From Macrostomum lignano (lineage: Eukaryota): DNA of 64,000 nucleotides. The stretch is from positions 348,793 through 412,792 of the forward strand of contig NIVC01000222.1 of NCBI GenBank assembly GCA_002269645.1. The letters are read 5' to 3'. Both the position numbers and the translations under genes were made by a program. The notes under the pieces were generated by a model. That model was not told where the DNA came from. It was given only the letters and a program-made list of their open reading frames with translations, and made no database searches. Position 1 is the stretch's first letter. Each line of letters starts with the position of its first letter. This document shows, piece after piece, positions 40,912 to 61,944 of this stretch.

Positions 40912-41750
40912 CCTCTCTCTCTCTCTTATCTCTCCTCCCCCATCTCTCTTCTCCTCTCTACTCTCTCCCCTCTTCATTCTCCTATTTCCTCTTCTCTCTC
41001 CCTGTCTCTCCTCTCTCCTCTAGTCTCTGTAATCTCTTCTCTCTTCTCTCTCCTCTGTTCTCTCTACTCTCCCATCTCTCGTCTGTTCACCCTCATCTCT
41101 GCTCTCTCATCTGTCATCTTTACTCTCTTATACGTTCTCTCACTTATCTCCTCTGTACTCTTCTCTTTCACCTCTTTTGACTCCTCTCTTTCCTTTCTCC
41201 TTTCTCCTCTCCTCCTCTCTTCTCTTCCCTCTTCTATACTGTCTCCCTCTCTTGTCTTCTCTCGTCTCTCTGCACTCTCCTCTCACCTTTTTCATCTCTC
41301 ATCTTTACTCTCTCATCTCTCCTTTAATCTGTCTCATCTCTACAATCTCATCTCTCCTTTCTCCCCTCTTCTTACACCCCTCTCTTATCTCTATCTCTTC
41401 TCTTCTCACTCCTCTCTCCCCCTCTTATCTCCTCTCTTCTCTATCCTTTCTACTCTCTCCTCTCCTCTCCTCCTCTTGACCCTCTGTCATCTTCTTTCTG
41501 CTCTCTCATCTCTACTCTCTTCTCACTCTTCTCTACTTTCCTCTCATCGATCCTCTGTCTCATCTCTCCCCTCTTCTTACATTTACTCTTTCCTCTCCCT
41601 CCTTTCTCCCCTCCTCTCGCTTCTTCCTCCCTTCTTCTCTGCTCTCTCCTCACCACTTGTCTCTCCTCTTATCTTCCATGTTTTCTCTTATCCCCCTCTC
41701 GCCTCGCCTCTCTTCTAATACTAATTAGTCTATTCCTTCTCCTTTCCACT
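40420..41750. repeat. Degenerate CT-rich low-complexity tract
   Basis: Strong pyrimidine bias on the + strand; source of the spurious 441-aa Leu/Ser ORF. Confidence 0.9.
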
Positions 41751-42104
41751 CTCATCTGGCCCGCACATAAGCTGGATTCTTTATCTGGCTTTTGAAGTAA
41801 AAGTCTGCCGATCCCTGCTTCGAAAGCCAGTTTGTGGACGTACTACTCTCATGGTTGTTCTCATGCTTTGATCACGTCATCTTTCTTGCCAATTTGCAGC
41901 CCTGAAAGGAATTTGTGTATCTTCAGCTCCACTGCAGTCTGCATCAGTCTAACAACCAAGGAAATACGCATTTCTTAGGAGGCCATTTAAATTTTAGAGT
42001 TCTTTTAAGAGAAACTTAAAATTTCCATGGTGTGTGGTGTGCCTAATTTAGTAGGGTTGTATTTCATTGCATCGCATCGCCTTTTCATAAATCTTTCGCT
42101 TTTA

Positions 42105-42935
42105 CAAACCATGCTGGATTGCCTCGATTTGCCAATTGCCATCCACTGTTAAACTGCTGCAGAGTTTGCCAATACAGAGGGGAGGGCAGTGGTTAGAATT
42201 TCTCACTAAACTGTCATGGCTAAACGTAGCCTCTCCACGCGCGGGGGTGCAGAGAAGGCTATAAATAAAGTTATTCCAAAACACTGTACATTTGCTATGT
42301 ACATTCAGTCCTACCGCCTGATCCTTCGTCTGGCTCTGGGGGAATGAGTGAGTGAGTGGCACAAACAACAGAAAAAGCAGACAAACTTCACATGCTTACA
42401 GTTTCTTTTTCGGTTGAGTTACAGAGTTGAAACTTTACATTTAGATAGAGAATGAGTTAATGAAGAATTGTGTCAAGTTTGAAGTCAATCGCTTTACGTG
42501 AAGCAAACTTATGGCAGCTGAAAGTTAGTCAATTTTGAAACCCTTTTACACATCTGGGCCCAGATCGGGTAAGAGAGGCAGGCGGGCGGAGGTTGGGGTG
42601 GTTGCTACGCTGAAAAAAACAGCCTAACTTTAAAAGCGCACAGCACCGCTCAGGATTAACTTTGATACTCGAAATTTTACATGATTGTGCCAAAATAGTT
42701 AAAGATTATCTGTGTCAAATTTGAAGAGAATCGGTAGAAGTGGAGCGGCGCTATGGAGGATTAAGTGAAAAAATCGCGCATTTTGAGCAGTTTTTTGTAC
42801 TTTTAGGTAGGAAGACTTGAGTCTAGGAAATTTAAAGGTAGCCTAAGACATTCTCCGTAGTAAGTTTAGGGTGGGTGTAAAGTTTGGTGTAATTTAGTTG
42901 AGCGGTTTGGGAGTCCATAGCGAAGTAATTTGTCC

Positions 42936-42968
<33 letters not shown>

Positions 42969-42995
42969 GTTTTGATTTTTATATGTAGAGATAGA
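42105..42995 (+). mobile_element. Possible Helentron-associated (DINE-1/HINE-like) non-autonomous element
   Basis: Three related cores (GTGTCAAGTTTGAAGTCAATCG, GTGTCAAATTTGAAGAGAATCGG, GTGTAAAGTTTGGTGTAATT), then CCACAGACAGAC (GACA)n and an AT-rich TTTTATATGTAGAGAT end. Boundaries are approximate and the assignment is inference. Confidence 0.4.
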
Positions 42996-43364
42996 CAGGT
43001 AAAAGGATCACTTATATATTCAATATACAATTTCAATAGTTGGAATATTCTCTACAAAATATGCGATATATCAAGCTAACAGTTGTCAACATTTCAGTTC
43101 AGATTCAGTTTAAACTTTAGAGAGTTCGCCAGTTCGTGCAGTCAGACATTTTGCTTAGTTAAGCTAAGTGCTGTTTACAGTAGAGCACATGTACAATTAG
43201 TTGAAACACGATTCTAATTTAGAATCTAGCTTTTATGATATTTGATAAGAGTGTAGAATGTCAAGCTCATCTCCTGTCTACTTCAGAAATTGCATATTAT
43301 AAGGCAAAAGTGTCTGGATACCATTCAGAATCTGCACGTTAGAAGTGGTCAGAACTACAAGCTA

Positions 43365-43605
43365 TAATCAGTCGGAATTACAAGCTAGAATCAGTCAGAA
43401 TCTCAGTCTAGAATCAAGTCAGAATTACAAGCTAGAATCAGTCAGAATCTCAGTCTAGAATCAAGTCAGAATTACAAGCTAGAATCAAGTCAGAATTACA
43501 AGCTAGAATCAGTCAGAATCTCAGTCTAGAACCAAGTCAGAATTACAAGCTAGAATCAAGTCAGAATTACAAGCTAGAATCAAGTCAGAATTACAAGCTT
43601 GAATC
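43365..43605. repeat. About 23-24-bp minisatellite (GTCAGAATTACAAGCTAGAATCAA) upstream of the LRR-Ig start codon
   Basis: Direct reading. Confidence 0.9.
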
Positions 43606-43821
43606 TTCATTTTTAATTTTTTAAACGCTTGCTTTGACCTGTTAATTAATGATTACAAGGATATGAAGAAATATTTTTTACTTCAAATCCTTCTTCAAAC
43701 AGGACGCGAGGCAGAGACTTCAAAGCAGGAGTTCCACCTTTTATTGGACATATTTAGGAAGCTGAGTCGACCTAAGGTAACAGCTGTTCGACAAATAATC
43801 TAAATCAGCAAGCAAAATAAA

Positions 43822-51304
<7,483 letters not shown>

Positions 51305-51364
51305 GCAACTTGATGTATAATTTACATGGGGTTCCTGTCCTGGCTTAATGATTTTATGCAACCT

Positions 51365-52125
51365 TTTGGGATTACTGGGATTATTGAGGCCTATTGGGAA
51401 ATTGGCAGTCTTATTGGGATTCTTGAGTCCTATTGGGATTCTTGAGTCCTATTGGGATTCTTGAGTCCTATTGGGATTCTTGAGTCCTATTGGGATTCTT
51501 GAGTCCTATTGGGATTCTTGAGTCCTATTGCGATTCTTGAGTCCTATTGGGATTCTTGGTCCTATTGCGATTCTTGAGTCCTATTAAGATTCTTGAGTCC
51601 TATTGGGATTCTTGAGTGCTATTAAGATTCTTGAGTCCTATTGGGATTCTTGAGTCCTATTGGGATTCTTGAGTCCTATTGGGATTCTTGAGTCCTATTG
51701 GGATTCTTGAGTCCTATTGGGATTCTTGAGTCCTATTAAGATTCTTGAGTCCTATTGGGATTCTTGAGTCCTATTTGGATTCTTGAGTCCTATTGTGATT
51801 CTTGAGTCCTATTGGGATTCTTGAGTCCTATTGGGATTCTTGAGTCCTATTTGGATTCTTGAGTCCTATTAAGATTCTTGAGTCCTATTGGGATCCTTGA
51901 GTCCTATTTGGATTCTTGAGTCCTATTGTGATTCTTGAGTCCTATTGGGATTCTTGAGTCCTATTGGGATTCTTGAGTCCTATTTGGATTCTTGAGTCCT
52001 ATTAAGATTCTTGAGTCCTATTGGGATCCTTGAGTCCTATTTGGATTCTTGAGTCCTATTGGGATTCTTGAGTCCTATTGGGATTCTTGAGTCCTATTGG
52101 AATTCTTTGAGTCCTATTTGAAAAT
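51365..52125. repeat. About 19-bp minisatellite (TATTGGGATTCTTGAGTCC)n
   Basis: Just downstream of the LRR-Ig stop codon. Confidence 0.95.
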
Positions 52126-52794
52126 TTGGAGTCTACATGCGTCATTGGGATTCAGAGTCTTATTGGGCGATGTCGTTAGTATAATTAGGATTCCAATCCT
52201 TAAGGTCGGTTCCATGTTTAAGAAAAAAATCGAAATTTTAATTTAATTCATTCTTGTCGCCCTGATCATGCACTTAATTATCCAATAATCGGTGTGTAAC
52301 TGACTGCCTGATTAATTATGCATAATTGCGTACAACCCTTCTTCTACTAACTTGATATTTCTTACTTAGTGGTCCCTGTTTACATCCGATGAGCTTTCTG
52401 TTTCGCTGACTGAATGCCTGTCTGGCCGATTTTAAATTCCCAACCACATCGTGTTTGATATTTTCAATCTGAAGTAACATGTCTTCTAATCGAAGGAGTC
52501 TTTACTGTTTTACTAATTACTGCAATCGTCAATTGTATAGTTTGTAAATTACCTCAGATTTAATAACCACCTTTTTTTAATTAATTAATCTGGTCTTCGA
52601 GTCCGTCTGTTGTTTAAAAGTGCAATAGGATTTCACTTTTTTCTCTGTAATTTGCGAACTTTCATTTTGAAGCGGAATTTTTTTATTCATGCCAGTTTTG
52701 ATTAGCAAGAATTATTTGGCTTTCTGTTGTGATAATTGCATTGCTTCATTGCTTCTTCTGCTCCTGGCATGGTCTTTGTCTCTGTCTTTGCCTA

Positions 52795-52870
52795 TCTCTC
52801 TGTCTGTCTGTCTGTCTGTCTGTGTGTCTGTCTGTCTGTCTATCTATCTGTCTATCTATCTGTCTGTCTA

Positions 52871-52901
<31 letters not shown>

Positions 52902-52966
52902 GCCTGTCTGTCTGCCTGTCTGTCTGTCTGTCCGTCTGTCTGTCTGTGTGTCTATCTATCTGTCTA

Positions 52967-53029
<63 letters not shown>

Positions 53030-53053
53030 GCCTGTCTGTCTGTCTGTCTGTCC

Positions 53054-53105
<52 letters not shown>
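52795..53105. repeat. (TGTC)n microsatellite
   Basis: Direct reading. Confidence 0.95.
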
Positions 53106-53729
53106 CAATCTCGTTTTTCATTTTCCCATCAAATTTGCGCTTCTCACCAAGCCTATACAAACAAATTCTCCACAGGAAATCTGTATAACTAGATTTTCCA
53201 AAAAATTTCCGCTAAAATAACCTGCGCTTACTGATTTATGCTACTCATTACAAGTAGGCTGGTGACAGACATTGCGAATTCATACATCCCCGGTCTGTCC
53301 TAGAGTACAGTTTTTACTTACTCTCCGTACTCCGCTGACAAAATTTGCTCCGCGTAACACACTTCTTCAAGCAAGCCTTTTTCCTGCTTTTCCATAATAT
53401 GTAAAGCTTGTAATGCTCCTGCTTTTACAATTGGTTAATTTATGTGCACGAATGCGCTTGCAGAATTTTTATAAAAATCTATATATTCTATATTATACCT
53501 AATAATAACCTTCACTGCGCGCTTTGGTTTCAACTGTCCTATTATAATTGATTTCGTGATGCACTTTTTTATATCTGATACACGGCGAAAATACAAGGCT
53601 GTCTAATTTCATGTTTAGCTGGATGTTTAGCTTAGCGATCGTCTGTAACAGCACCCAATTAACTGCTCTCGCATCGAAATACTGCACTCTTCTGCTTTGG
53701 TTCTTTGTTTTCTGATGCACCGTCCTGAT

Positions 53730-54445
53730 CTGCACTCTCCTCTACCCTCCTCTAACCTCTCTCTCCTACCCTCTCTTCCTCTACCCTCTCTACCCTCTCT
53801 CCCCTACTCTCTCTCCCTTACTTTCTTCCTGTACCCTCTCTCCCTTGCTCTCTCTCCCCTACAGCCCTACCCTTTCTCCCCTACCCTCTCTTCCCTACTT
53901 CTCTCCCCTTCTCTCTCCTCTACTCTCTCCCCTACTCTCTCCACTACCCTCTCTCCCCTACCCTCTCTCCTCTACTCTCTCTCCCCTACTCTCTCTCCCC
54001 TACCCTCTCTCCCCTACTCTCTCTCCCCTACTCTCTCTCCCCTACTCTCTCTCCCCTACCTCTCTCCCCTACGCTTTCTTCCTCTACCCTCTCTCCCCTA
54101 CCCTCTCTCCTCTACTCTCTCTCCTCTACTCTCTCTCCCCTACCCTCTCTCCCCTACTTTCTCTCCCCTACTTTCTCTCCCTACCCTCTCTCCTATACTC
54201 TCTCCCCTACTCTCTCCCTACTCTCTCCACTACCCTCTCTCCCCTACCCTCTCTCCCTCTACCCTCTCTCCCCTACGCTTTCTCCCTCTACCCTCTCTCC
54301 CCTACGCTTTCTTCCTCTACCCTCTCTCCCCTACCCTCTCTTCCTCTACCCTTCCTCTACCCTCTATACCCTCTATCCTCTCTCGTCTACCATTTCTCCT
54401 TCTACTTTCTCTCCTCAATCTCTACCCTCGGTCTCTTCCCTTTTA
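53730..54445. repeat. CT-rich degenerate repeat (CTCTCTCCCCTAC-type)
   Basis: Direct reading. Confidence 0.9.
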
Positions 54446-55896
54446 GTAGGAAATTAGACATTTCAAATGCAGTAGTATGCTCACATTTAGTGTATACGAA
54501 ATCTAATATTACGAGTAAAGTTCAAGATTATTTAAAACAAAAATCCAGTATAAATCCACTATATTTTTATCCACAGGTTTCAATGAAATGAATTATTCTA
54601 TTACTTACATTTTCTACTCGCAACAGAGTACAGAATAAAAAACTTGTTAAAATTTGTTTGGGTTGCGTGCAGGAATGCTGATGCAAGTGCAGATTTTGGC
54701 AAGTAAATGGAAAGGAACTATTACTGTCGTAGCACTAATTTATTGTGCATGTAATGTAACTTTGGGAAATTTTTACCAATTCGATTCTTCAGTAGAAATA
54801 CAGACAAAACGGAATAGTGAATGCATTAATAAAATATACATGCTAGCTTGTCAACTAAATGAAGAATATGGCACTAAAATACAGAATAGACAATCGTAGT
54901 GGGATACGAACCAGCACTCTGCAGCAGTACTATTGATACATATAAATCGTATTGTAATTAGAAAATAGTCTCCTGAGTTCGTATACATGTAAAACAATCG
55001 TTTGTTAGAGTTGATTAAAATCTTTCTTTAAAAAATTCCAAAGCAAGTTCAACAAGCGTTTTTAGAGGGGGTGCTCAAATAGAAGGGCGCGGGAAACTAT
55101 AGGTTTCTTGGAAAATTTTGAGGCAGGTTTTACCGAAAAAATACATTAGTGAGATAGATTTTAGTTTTTAAGCAAAATAAACTTGTTATTTATTGCTTTT
55201 GATATAAGGGAGCGACTATTTCTAGCTCTATTGATACTCATAAAGCTTTTCGTTTCTAAAATAAGGATTCTATGTATTGATGATTATTATGTATGAATAT
55301 CAATAGAGTGTTAAGAAAGGCAGACATATCTAAAAGATGAACACTGGGTCTCCATTCCATCAAAAAGCAATAACAATTTTTGTGCTGAAAACAATGAAAA
55401 CCTCGACTATTCTCTGTAATGTATTTTTCCGGTAAAACCTGCCTACAAATTTTTTTCCAAGATACGGAGTTTCCCGTCCTTCTATTCATACTTAAGTGGT
55501 CCTTGGGGCTTGTGCTTGTGCGCATTAAATGTACATTGGTTTGCTAACTAGGCCGATGTACATACGATGGCCATAGATCATGGGGGAAGGCAATAAAATT
55601 GGGTGAATGGAGCCAATGTAAATACCGACACTGGGAATTGATTACAATGTACATTCAAAATAGACCGCATCAACCCCCCCCCCGCCCACGGAAATTTCTT
55701 GCCTCCTTTTCAGAGGGCTTGCTATACTGATAATGAAGGCTAATTAAAAAGAACTGCACATTGTCAATGTTAACCAGAACAGCGATTAACCGTAGACTGA
55801 GCAAGTGTAAACAAATTTTGTTTTGCAAGATAATAATTCTACATGTAATAATTTTATCGGGGTCCATAGGTCCAATTTAGCTAGTGTGTTTTTTTA

Positions 55897-57772
55897 TTAT
55901 TTAATAGTACACTCGAATCGACTGTTGCTCCCAAGCGGCGTATTCAGAAAACTCTGTCGCTCGTTCAAAGCTCGGCCTGTAGCTGCTGTGAACTTTTTGA
56001 TGGGATCGGCAGCAGCAGCAACTGGCGATCGGCTCTTCTTTCGTTGCTTTTTCTTCTTTTTACTCGGCACCGCAGCCGACACTTGATAGTTCTGTCCCAC
56101 GGCGTTGTCCCAGAATGATTGACCCAAGCTTAGCGCTTCGAAGCAGACGCAGAATTCGAAGTCAACAGCCGGAGTGGGACACTGGAATGTAAAGCTAAAA
56201 CTGTCGTGAGCCCCACCGTCACACAATGATAAATACTTGGCGTCGAAGTCTTTGTAGCTGCGCCAGGAATCGAATGAGACTCGCACGAAGACTCGCTTAT
56301 CGAAACAGACATTCTTCACATTGACAATGCCACGAGCTGTGCAGCCCTCGAAATGCAAGCTACTCAGGGAAACGCAATTTCGTTCGAGATTCTCGCGAAA
56401 CAGGACATACCGTGAGACTGGCTGCTCAAAACGGCAGTTGTACTGACAGGTGCTCGCCAGGGTAGCCTCCGATTCGCTCTCTGATGTTGATTCGACTTCC
56501 GTTTTGGGCAGTGGCAGGTTCGCCAGAATTTCTGTCAAAAAAAGGACATGAGGATTGGATGTACATGTACTATTTGGGTGGCGCATCTTTTAGGGAGTGG
56601 ACAAGGGGCGCCAGCACCCCACGACTATATAACTTTCTTAAGATTTTCTACGAACACCTTTTGCTGAGTCCTGACACACGGAGAGAGCTTAAAGTCTAAA
56701 GCAGTGTTTGAGCAAGTTACATAAAAATCTAAACTGATAGATAAAATAGTTTGAAACTATTAACTAGTTAGGATAGTAGTATATAAAGTGTGTTCATAAC
56801 AAAATATGGACAAACTCTGCTTGTAACTATAATAAATGGAGCTATAGTCCGTAAGATACTCGTATACTTACACATTTTTTATTGATAATGATAATACTAA
56901 TAATTGATTGCACCTGCCCTAATGGATTATTGCGCGGCGCATCTGAAGACTGCGTACGGCTGTTCAGTCCAAGGAGGGGGGGTCGCCACACAAACCCTCA
57001 ATTAGCTAATGCTGATGCCCATTTTACAGCTGGGTGAACTGAAGCAACTGAAGCAAACAGTTGTCGAATGCAGACTGAACTCACCTCTAGGCAGCACCGG
57101 CGGCACCCAGGATGGCTCGCGCATGAGTCGCACCTGGGTCAAATCGAGCCCCATCTCGTCCGCAAATTGGACACGCTTTCGTTCTTCCAATCCTTTCGAG
57201 CGCGCAGACTTGTAAGTGAAGCCGCAAGACGCCACTCGACGCATCTCGGGAAGCTGAAGGCTTTGGCTTAGCATCTGCTCCTGGTGCTCCAAATACAGTT
57301 CCTTTTGCAGCAATCTTGGCAGCTGTTGTTGACTGGGCTTCTCGGATTTTTTCTGACTATCTTCACCATTTTGCTGGCTTTGCTGCTTTGCGGAAGTTTG
57401 TAGCGATCCATTGGCTTGTTTCTGCACTTTTTCTGACTGTTGGTGCAGTTCTAGCCGTGACAGCTGTTGCATCAGTACATCATGTTCTTTTTGCGGAATT
57501 TGCTGCTCCTGCTGAGGTTTTTGTTGCTGCTGCTGCAGTTTCTGCTTCTGCTTCAACTGACCCTGTTCCGTCTGAGACAGGCTCTGCTTCTGTTTCTGTT
57601 TGAGCAGATTCTGGTCAGATTGACCCAATATCTTCTGTTGTTCTCTCTTGACCGCCTCTGCCGCTTGCTGCTGCATCTGCCGAGAGCTACTGTTACTCGT
57701 GTACTTGTAGAACTGACCGGACTGCGCTTGCAGCTCCATGGGCATCAGTTGCGTTTCAATATCGGAGGACAT
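55897..57772 (-). CDS. PPP1R3: Protein phosphatase 1 glycogen-targeting regulatory subunit (PPP1R3 family; RVxF + CBM21), 2 exons, about 440 aa
   Basis: Exons 57772-57085 and 56531-55897 (phase 1; GTGAG donor, ttttgacAG acceptor). KRVQFADEMGLDLTQVR motif; CBM21 GIVNVKNVCFDKRVFVRVSFDSW...FEFCVCF...FWDNAVGQNY. An upstream coding exon cannot be excluded. Confidence 0.9.
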
Positions 57773-59525
57773 GCCCAACGCAGAGATCAGAAGTCTTTAT
57801 TGAGACGACACGATGCAAAAAAGAGAGTGACCTTGCCGCAGCTCAGGCGATGAGTTTTGTCACTACCTGTCGGCGTGTTTCGTGCCAACGGCACTATTTT
57901 CTAGAAGAACAATAGCCTCAGTCTTCTACAAGATGCGTCTGCAAAATTAGGGCCTATTTAGCCCGCGTCTTTTAACTTCCAATCCGCCAGAAAAGCTGAC
58001 AGATTTGTATTTCGCTCTGCTTTCTCTGTCTGTGTCTCTGTTCTTCTCTTTCTTAATGCAGCTCTCAAACGAGTAGAGCGGTATTTTCCTTGCGTCTCTT
58101 TTTGTGTCCACAGATTTGCTATCTCTGCTTACCAAAACCACCCCTCCCTCCAGTCCTGTCTGCAAGCTCTGCGTTGTTATTCGTCTTTCCGCCTGACCTC
58201 CATTTGAAGCCAAATTCATTCGAGATTTCGACGCTGTTTATTATCGCTTTCACGCGGCGAGCAAGTGGTTTGGCGGAGGTTGGGGTGGCTGCTCGGGCTC
58301 TTCCGACTGGCCCGTCAGGCCACCTCGTGGTGGAACGCATTTTTAGCCTAGCCAGTTACGTATGCCATTGCGCAAGGGAAATTCTGGAGAGGAATGCCCA
58401 GGAAGAAACTGTATTTTTAGAACGGGACTGTTGTTCAAATAAAATTAGCGCTCTGTGCTACTAACAGCGGCAGTGGTAGTTTATCTAGCTAATGTTGAAA
58501 TTTTTATTGAAAAACTGTGCCTTGTGACAGGTAGCTGAAAAGTCTTGCTAGGTACTTCTACTAGGTGACAACTCTCCAATGTAAAATTTCCAGTTTGTGA
58601 AAGCGACCCCTCCGATCTATAAATCAGTCATTGAATAGGCTCTAGTTACTCAAATCCATATTTTGACTGTTATGTGCAGATACCAATAATCTATAAAAAA
58701 TAACCACATGAGTTTTCTGGACTAGCTGTCGTGTATACAGTGCATGCAGTCAGTCGTATAGCGATTGCCCAACATGTGCAGCTCCCGGTTTGATGGATAC
58801 CACAGTAGATTCGGTCGGGCAAATTGCTGTGCAGGATGAGTCTAAACTCCAAACGATAATTCGAGCTCTGCTTACTGTCAATCACTCTAATAGCATTGGC
58901 GACCCGATGAGGTTAAGCTTCAGGGGTAGAGTTGGGGCGTGATGGTTGGGATCTTGGAAGCTAATCTCCGGGTTACGCGCCTGGCGCTGCAGTGTTTGCT
59001 TTTCAAAACTGCTTGTTGGTCGGTTTTTTTTGTCAGCTGCCGCTAGCAGATATTTGACTACGTAACTAAAAGTGAAATTGCAGCATAATACAGTGTACAC
59101 GAATGAGGACCGGTTGCATTCCACCCACATAGAGGGTTGAATCCTGGGCAAAAATATTGTTTGTTCATCTTGACAAATTATAACTGAATTCTCCTAATGT
59201 TCTCTTTGACTGTGAACGAAGACTTCGAGACATTATCAGAAGTCATCAAATTTCCATGGTCAATAAATATTCTATGATTTTTTCCTGCAACTACGAGTAT
59301 CAATACGCATGGGTTCAAGAAATGCGAAGTTTAGGCAATATATAAAGTTAAGGCAATGTTATCTTTAGGCAATGTAAAGCTAAAGTAATGTGATGCTTAA
59401 TCAATGTGATGGTTAGGCAGTGTGATGTTTAGTCAATGGGATGTTTAGGCATGTGATGTTTAGTCAATGTGATGTTTAAGTAATGTGATGTTTAGTCAAT
59501 GTGATGTTTAGGCAATGGATAAATA

Positions 59526-59725
59526 ATCAGCGGTCCCAGTGCGTGACAACGATTGTCTGGCGAGCGCCGGTAGGCGCGAGCCATAGACAAATCGTTGCCA
59601 CGTGCTGCGACCGCTGATTCTTTGCATTGTTTTTGTTTGACGATCCTACAGACAATGCATTGTTTGTAGTAATGTTTGTTCTGCATAAAATATACGAATA
59701 ATGATCGTCAAATTGCTAAACAATG
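59526..59725 (+). other. Two adjacent long imperfect hairpins (structured RNA or palindromic element)
   Basis: 59526-59618 pairs over about 40 bp with two G-U wobbles and a GGTA loop. 59625-59725 has outer arms plus an inner 24-bp palindrome. Confidence 0.55.
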
Positions 59726-60294
59726 TGATGACAAAGTGAAGCATAGGATATGTGGACTTACTTGGCAAAGGAAACTTTTGCACTTTTAAAGATAGCAACT
59801 AGCCAAAGCGACAAAAGTTTAGCCATAGACATGCACAGATGCATATAATAATTCAATCAATAATTGAGTCCATTCTCATTAGCGAAAAAAAGGAGAGATT
59901 AACAAATCTCAGATACTTTCTTTCTCTTTAATTGAACCAAATCCTACTAATTTAATGCATGCATTCCAACTCTGATTGATTTTGCCAAACCAAAATGTAT
60001 ATGATTCAGCAATCTTGGGGAAGTTTAATCGAACAGGTCGAACATGTTCTGGCATTCGATTCGGTCTTTATTAGCCGCCTGTTAGTCTGCAGGTCTGCTG
60101 TCCCGCGGCCTTCCCTGGTCGTGAGTGCCCCAGCTAGTCCCAGTCAATTTTCTCAGATATGTGCATATTGATGGAGGGGCAGAGACACATTTGAGCTGAG
60201 GCAACCCAGCTGCTCATCAACTGCCAACAGCCCTCTGGTTCAATTCATTTTTGTATCTGTCTACTACTCTTTTCCGTGCTAGTCTCTGATTACC

Positions 60295-61105
60295 TCTCCC
60301 TCTCCCTGTCTCCCTCTCCTTGTCTCCCGGTCTTCCTGTCTCCCTCTCCCCTCTCCCTGTCTCCCTCTCCCTGTCTCCTCTCCTGTCTCCCTCTCCCTGT
60401 CTCCCTCTCCTGTCTCCCTCTCCTGTCTCCCTCCCCTGTCTCCCTCTCCCTGTCTCCCTCTCCCTGTCTCCCTCTCCCTGTCTCCCTCTCCCTGTCTCCC
60501 TCCCCTGTCTCCCTCCCCCTGTCTCCCTCCCTGTCTCCTCTCCCTGTCTCCCTCTCCCTGTCTCCCTCTCCCTGTCTCCTCTCCCTGTCTCCCTCTCCCT
60601 GTCTCCCTCTCCCTGTCTCCCTCTCCCTGTCTCCCTCTCCCTGTCTCCTTCTCCTGACCCCCCTCTCCCTGTCTCCTTTTCCCTGTCTCACTCTCCCTGT
60701 CTCCTTCTCCCCTGTCTCCTTCTCCCTGTCTCCTTCTCCCTGTCTCCTTCTCCTGTCTCCCTCTCCCTGTCTCCTTCTCCCCGTCTCCTTCTCCCTGTCT
60801 CCTTCTCCTGTCTCCTCTTCCTGTCTCCCTCTCCTGTCTCCCTCTCCATGACTTCCTCTCCCTGTCTCCCTCTCCTGTCTCCCTCTCCCTGTCTCCCTCT
60901 CACTGTCTCCCTCTCCCTGCTTCCCTGTCTCCCTACCCTGTCTCCATCTCTCCCTCCCCTGTCTCCCTGCTTCCCTGTCTCCCTACCCTGTCTCCATCTC
61001 TCCCTCCCCTGTCTCCCTCTCACTGTCTCCCTCTCACTGTCTCCCTCCCCTGTCTCCCTCTCCCTGTCTCCCTCTCACTGTCTTCCTCTCCCTGTCTCTC
61101 CTACT
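60295..61105. repeat. CT-rich minisatellite (CTCCCTGTCTCCCT-type)
   Basis: Direct reading. Confidence 0.93.
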
Positions 61106-61944
61106 CCAAAACTGCATTACGAGTATTTTGCTACCAAAACACGCAACTTCAACAACCATGGACGCTTTTTTAGTTTCCAAAATCGAAAAATTCTCTATGT
61201 TGGAAGAACTACACCAGAAGAAACTGTTCTGAAACAATGTTCTGCTTCGTTTAGTTTGTGCTGCTTGTCCTCAGAAACAATCTGGCTGTGACACCGCGAA
61301 CTATACTCGACAAGTTTTCGTCAAACTTGACGAGCCAACATCGAAATCTGTCCGTTCTGTCCGAATCTCGAACCACTTGAAACAAAAAAATTCTTTTTAT
61401 GGGTCACGTTTGAAAAGAAAGAAATGCCAAAGCAAGGTAATGCTGACTGCCCAACTAGATTTTAACCTATAGGCTTCATCCCTCGATGACCTCCTGCAGA
61501 TGATGATGAAGCAACTGACTTGTGTCGGCATGACCCTCAGCTGGCACTCGAAGCTTATGCGAGACAGAAGTTGCGTCATTTCAGTTGTTGCGGTTTTGCA
61601 TTCCACGCGTGCAGCTTCCACAATCGCAGCATTATCCTCATCACTCCGTCATCCAGCCAGTTCCAGTTTTGTTCCTCATTTCACCTGGGTAACAAAATCC
61701 CCATTTCGCAGTTTCGCACCTCTGATTGCCCACCTGGACTAACTTAATTCTTACGCTGCGGTTTGAAAGACCTGGAGAGGTGGGGTGACCTTTCACAGTG
61801 TATGTATATATTTATTTACACATGTATATACGTATGTATATCAACATATGTATATATATTCATTTCTTATTATCTAAATCGAAGATCAGGTGTAAGCTGT
61901 GAGATAAGATCGAAATTTCAGCGAGATATCAATCAGATTCCAAT

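Noticed and set aside
39216-41718. Long Leu/Ser/Pro-rich ORFs (also 2683-3613, 26969-28139, 44220-46105, 53697-54591, 60276-61291) as membrane proteins
   Set aside because: Translations of CT/GA-rich repeats that lack stop codons by composition.
54895-54925. tRNA gene from a B-box-like GGTTCGTATCCC on the minus strand
   Set aside because: No A-box or cloverleaf; at most a SINE-like remnant.
58119-58340. 73-aa minus-strand ORF as the first coding exon of PPP1R3
   Set aside because: Its GTAAG donor could not be joined in frame to the 57772 exon with any acceptor I tested. It may be a 5' UTR exon or uORF.
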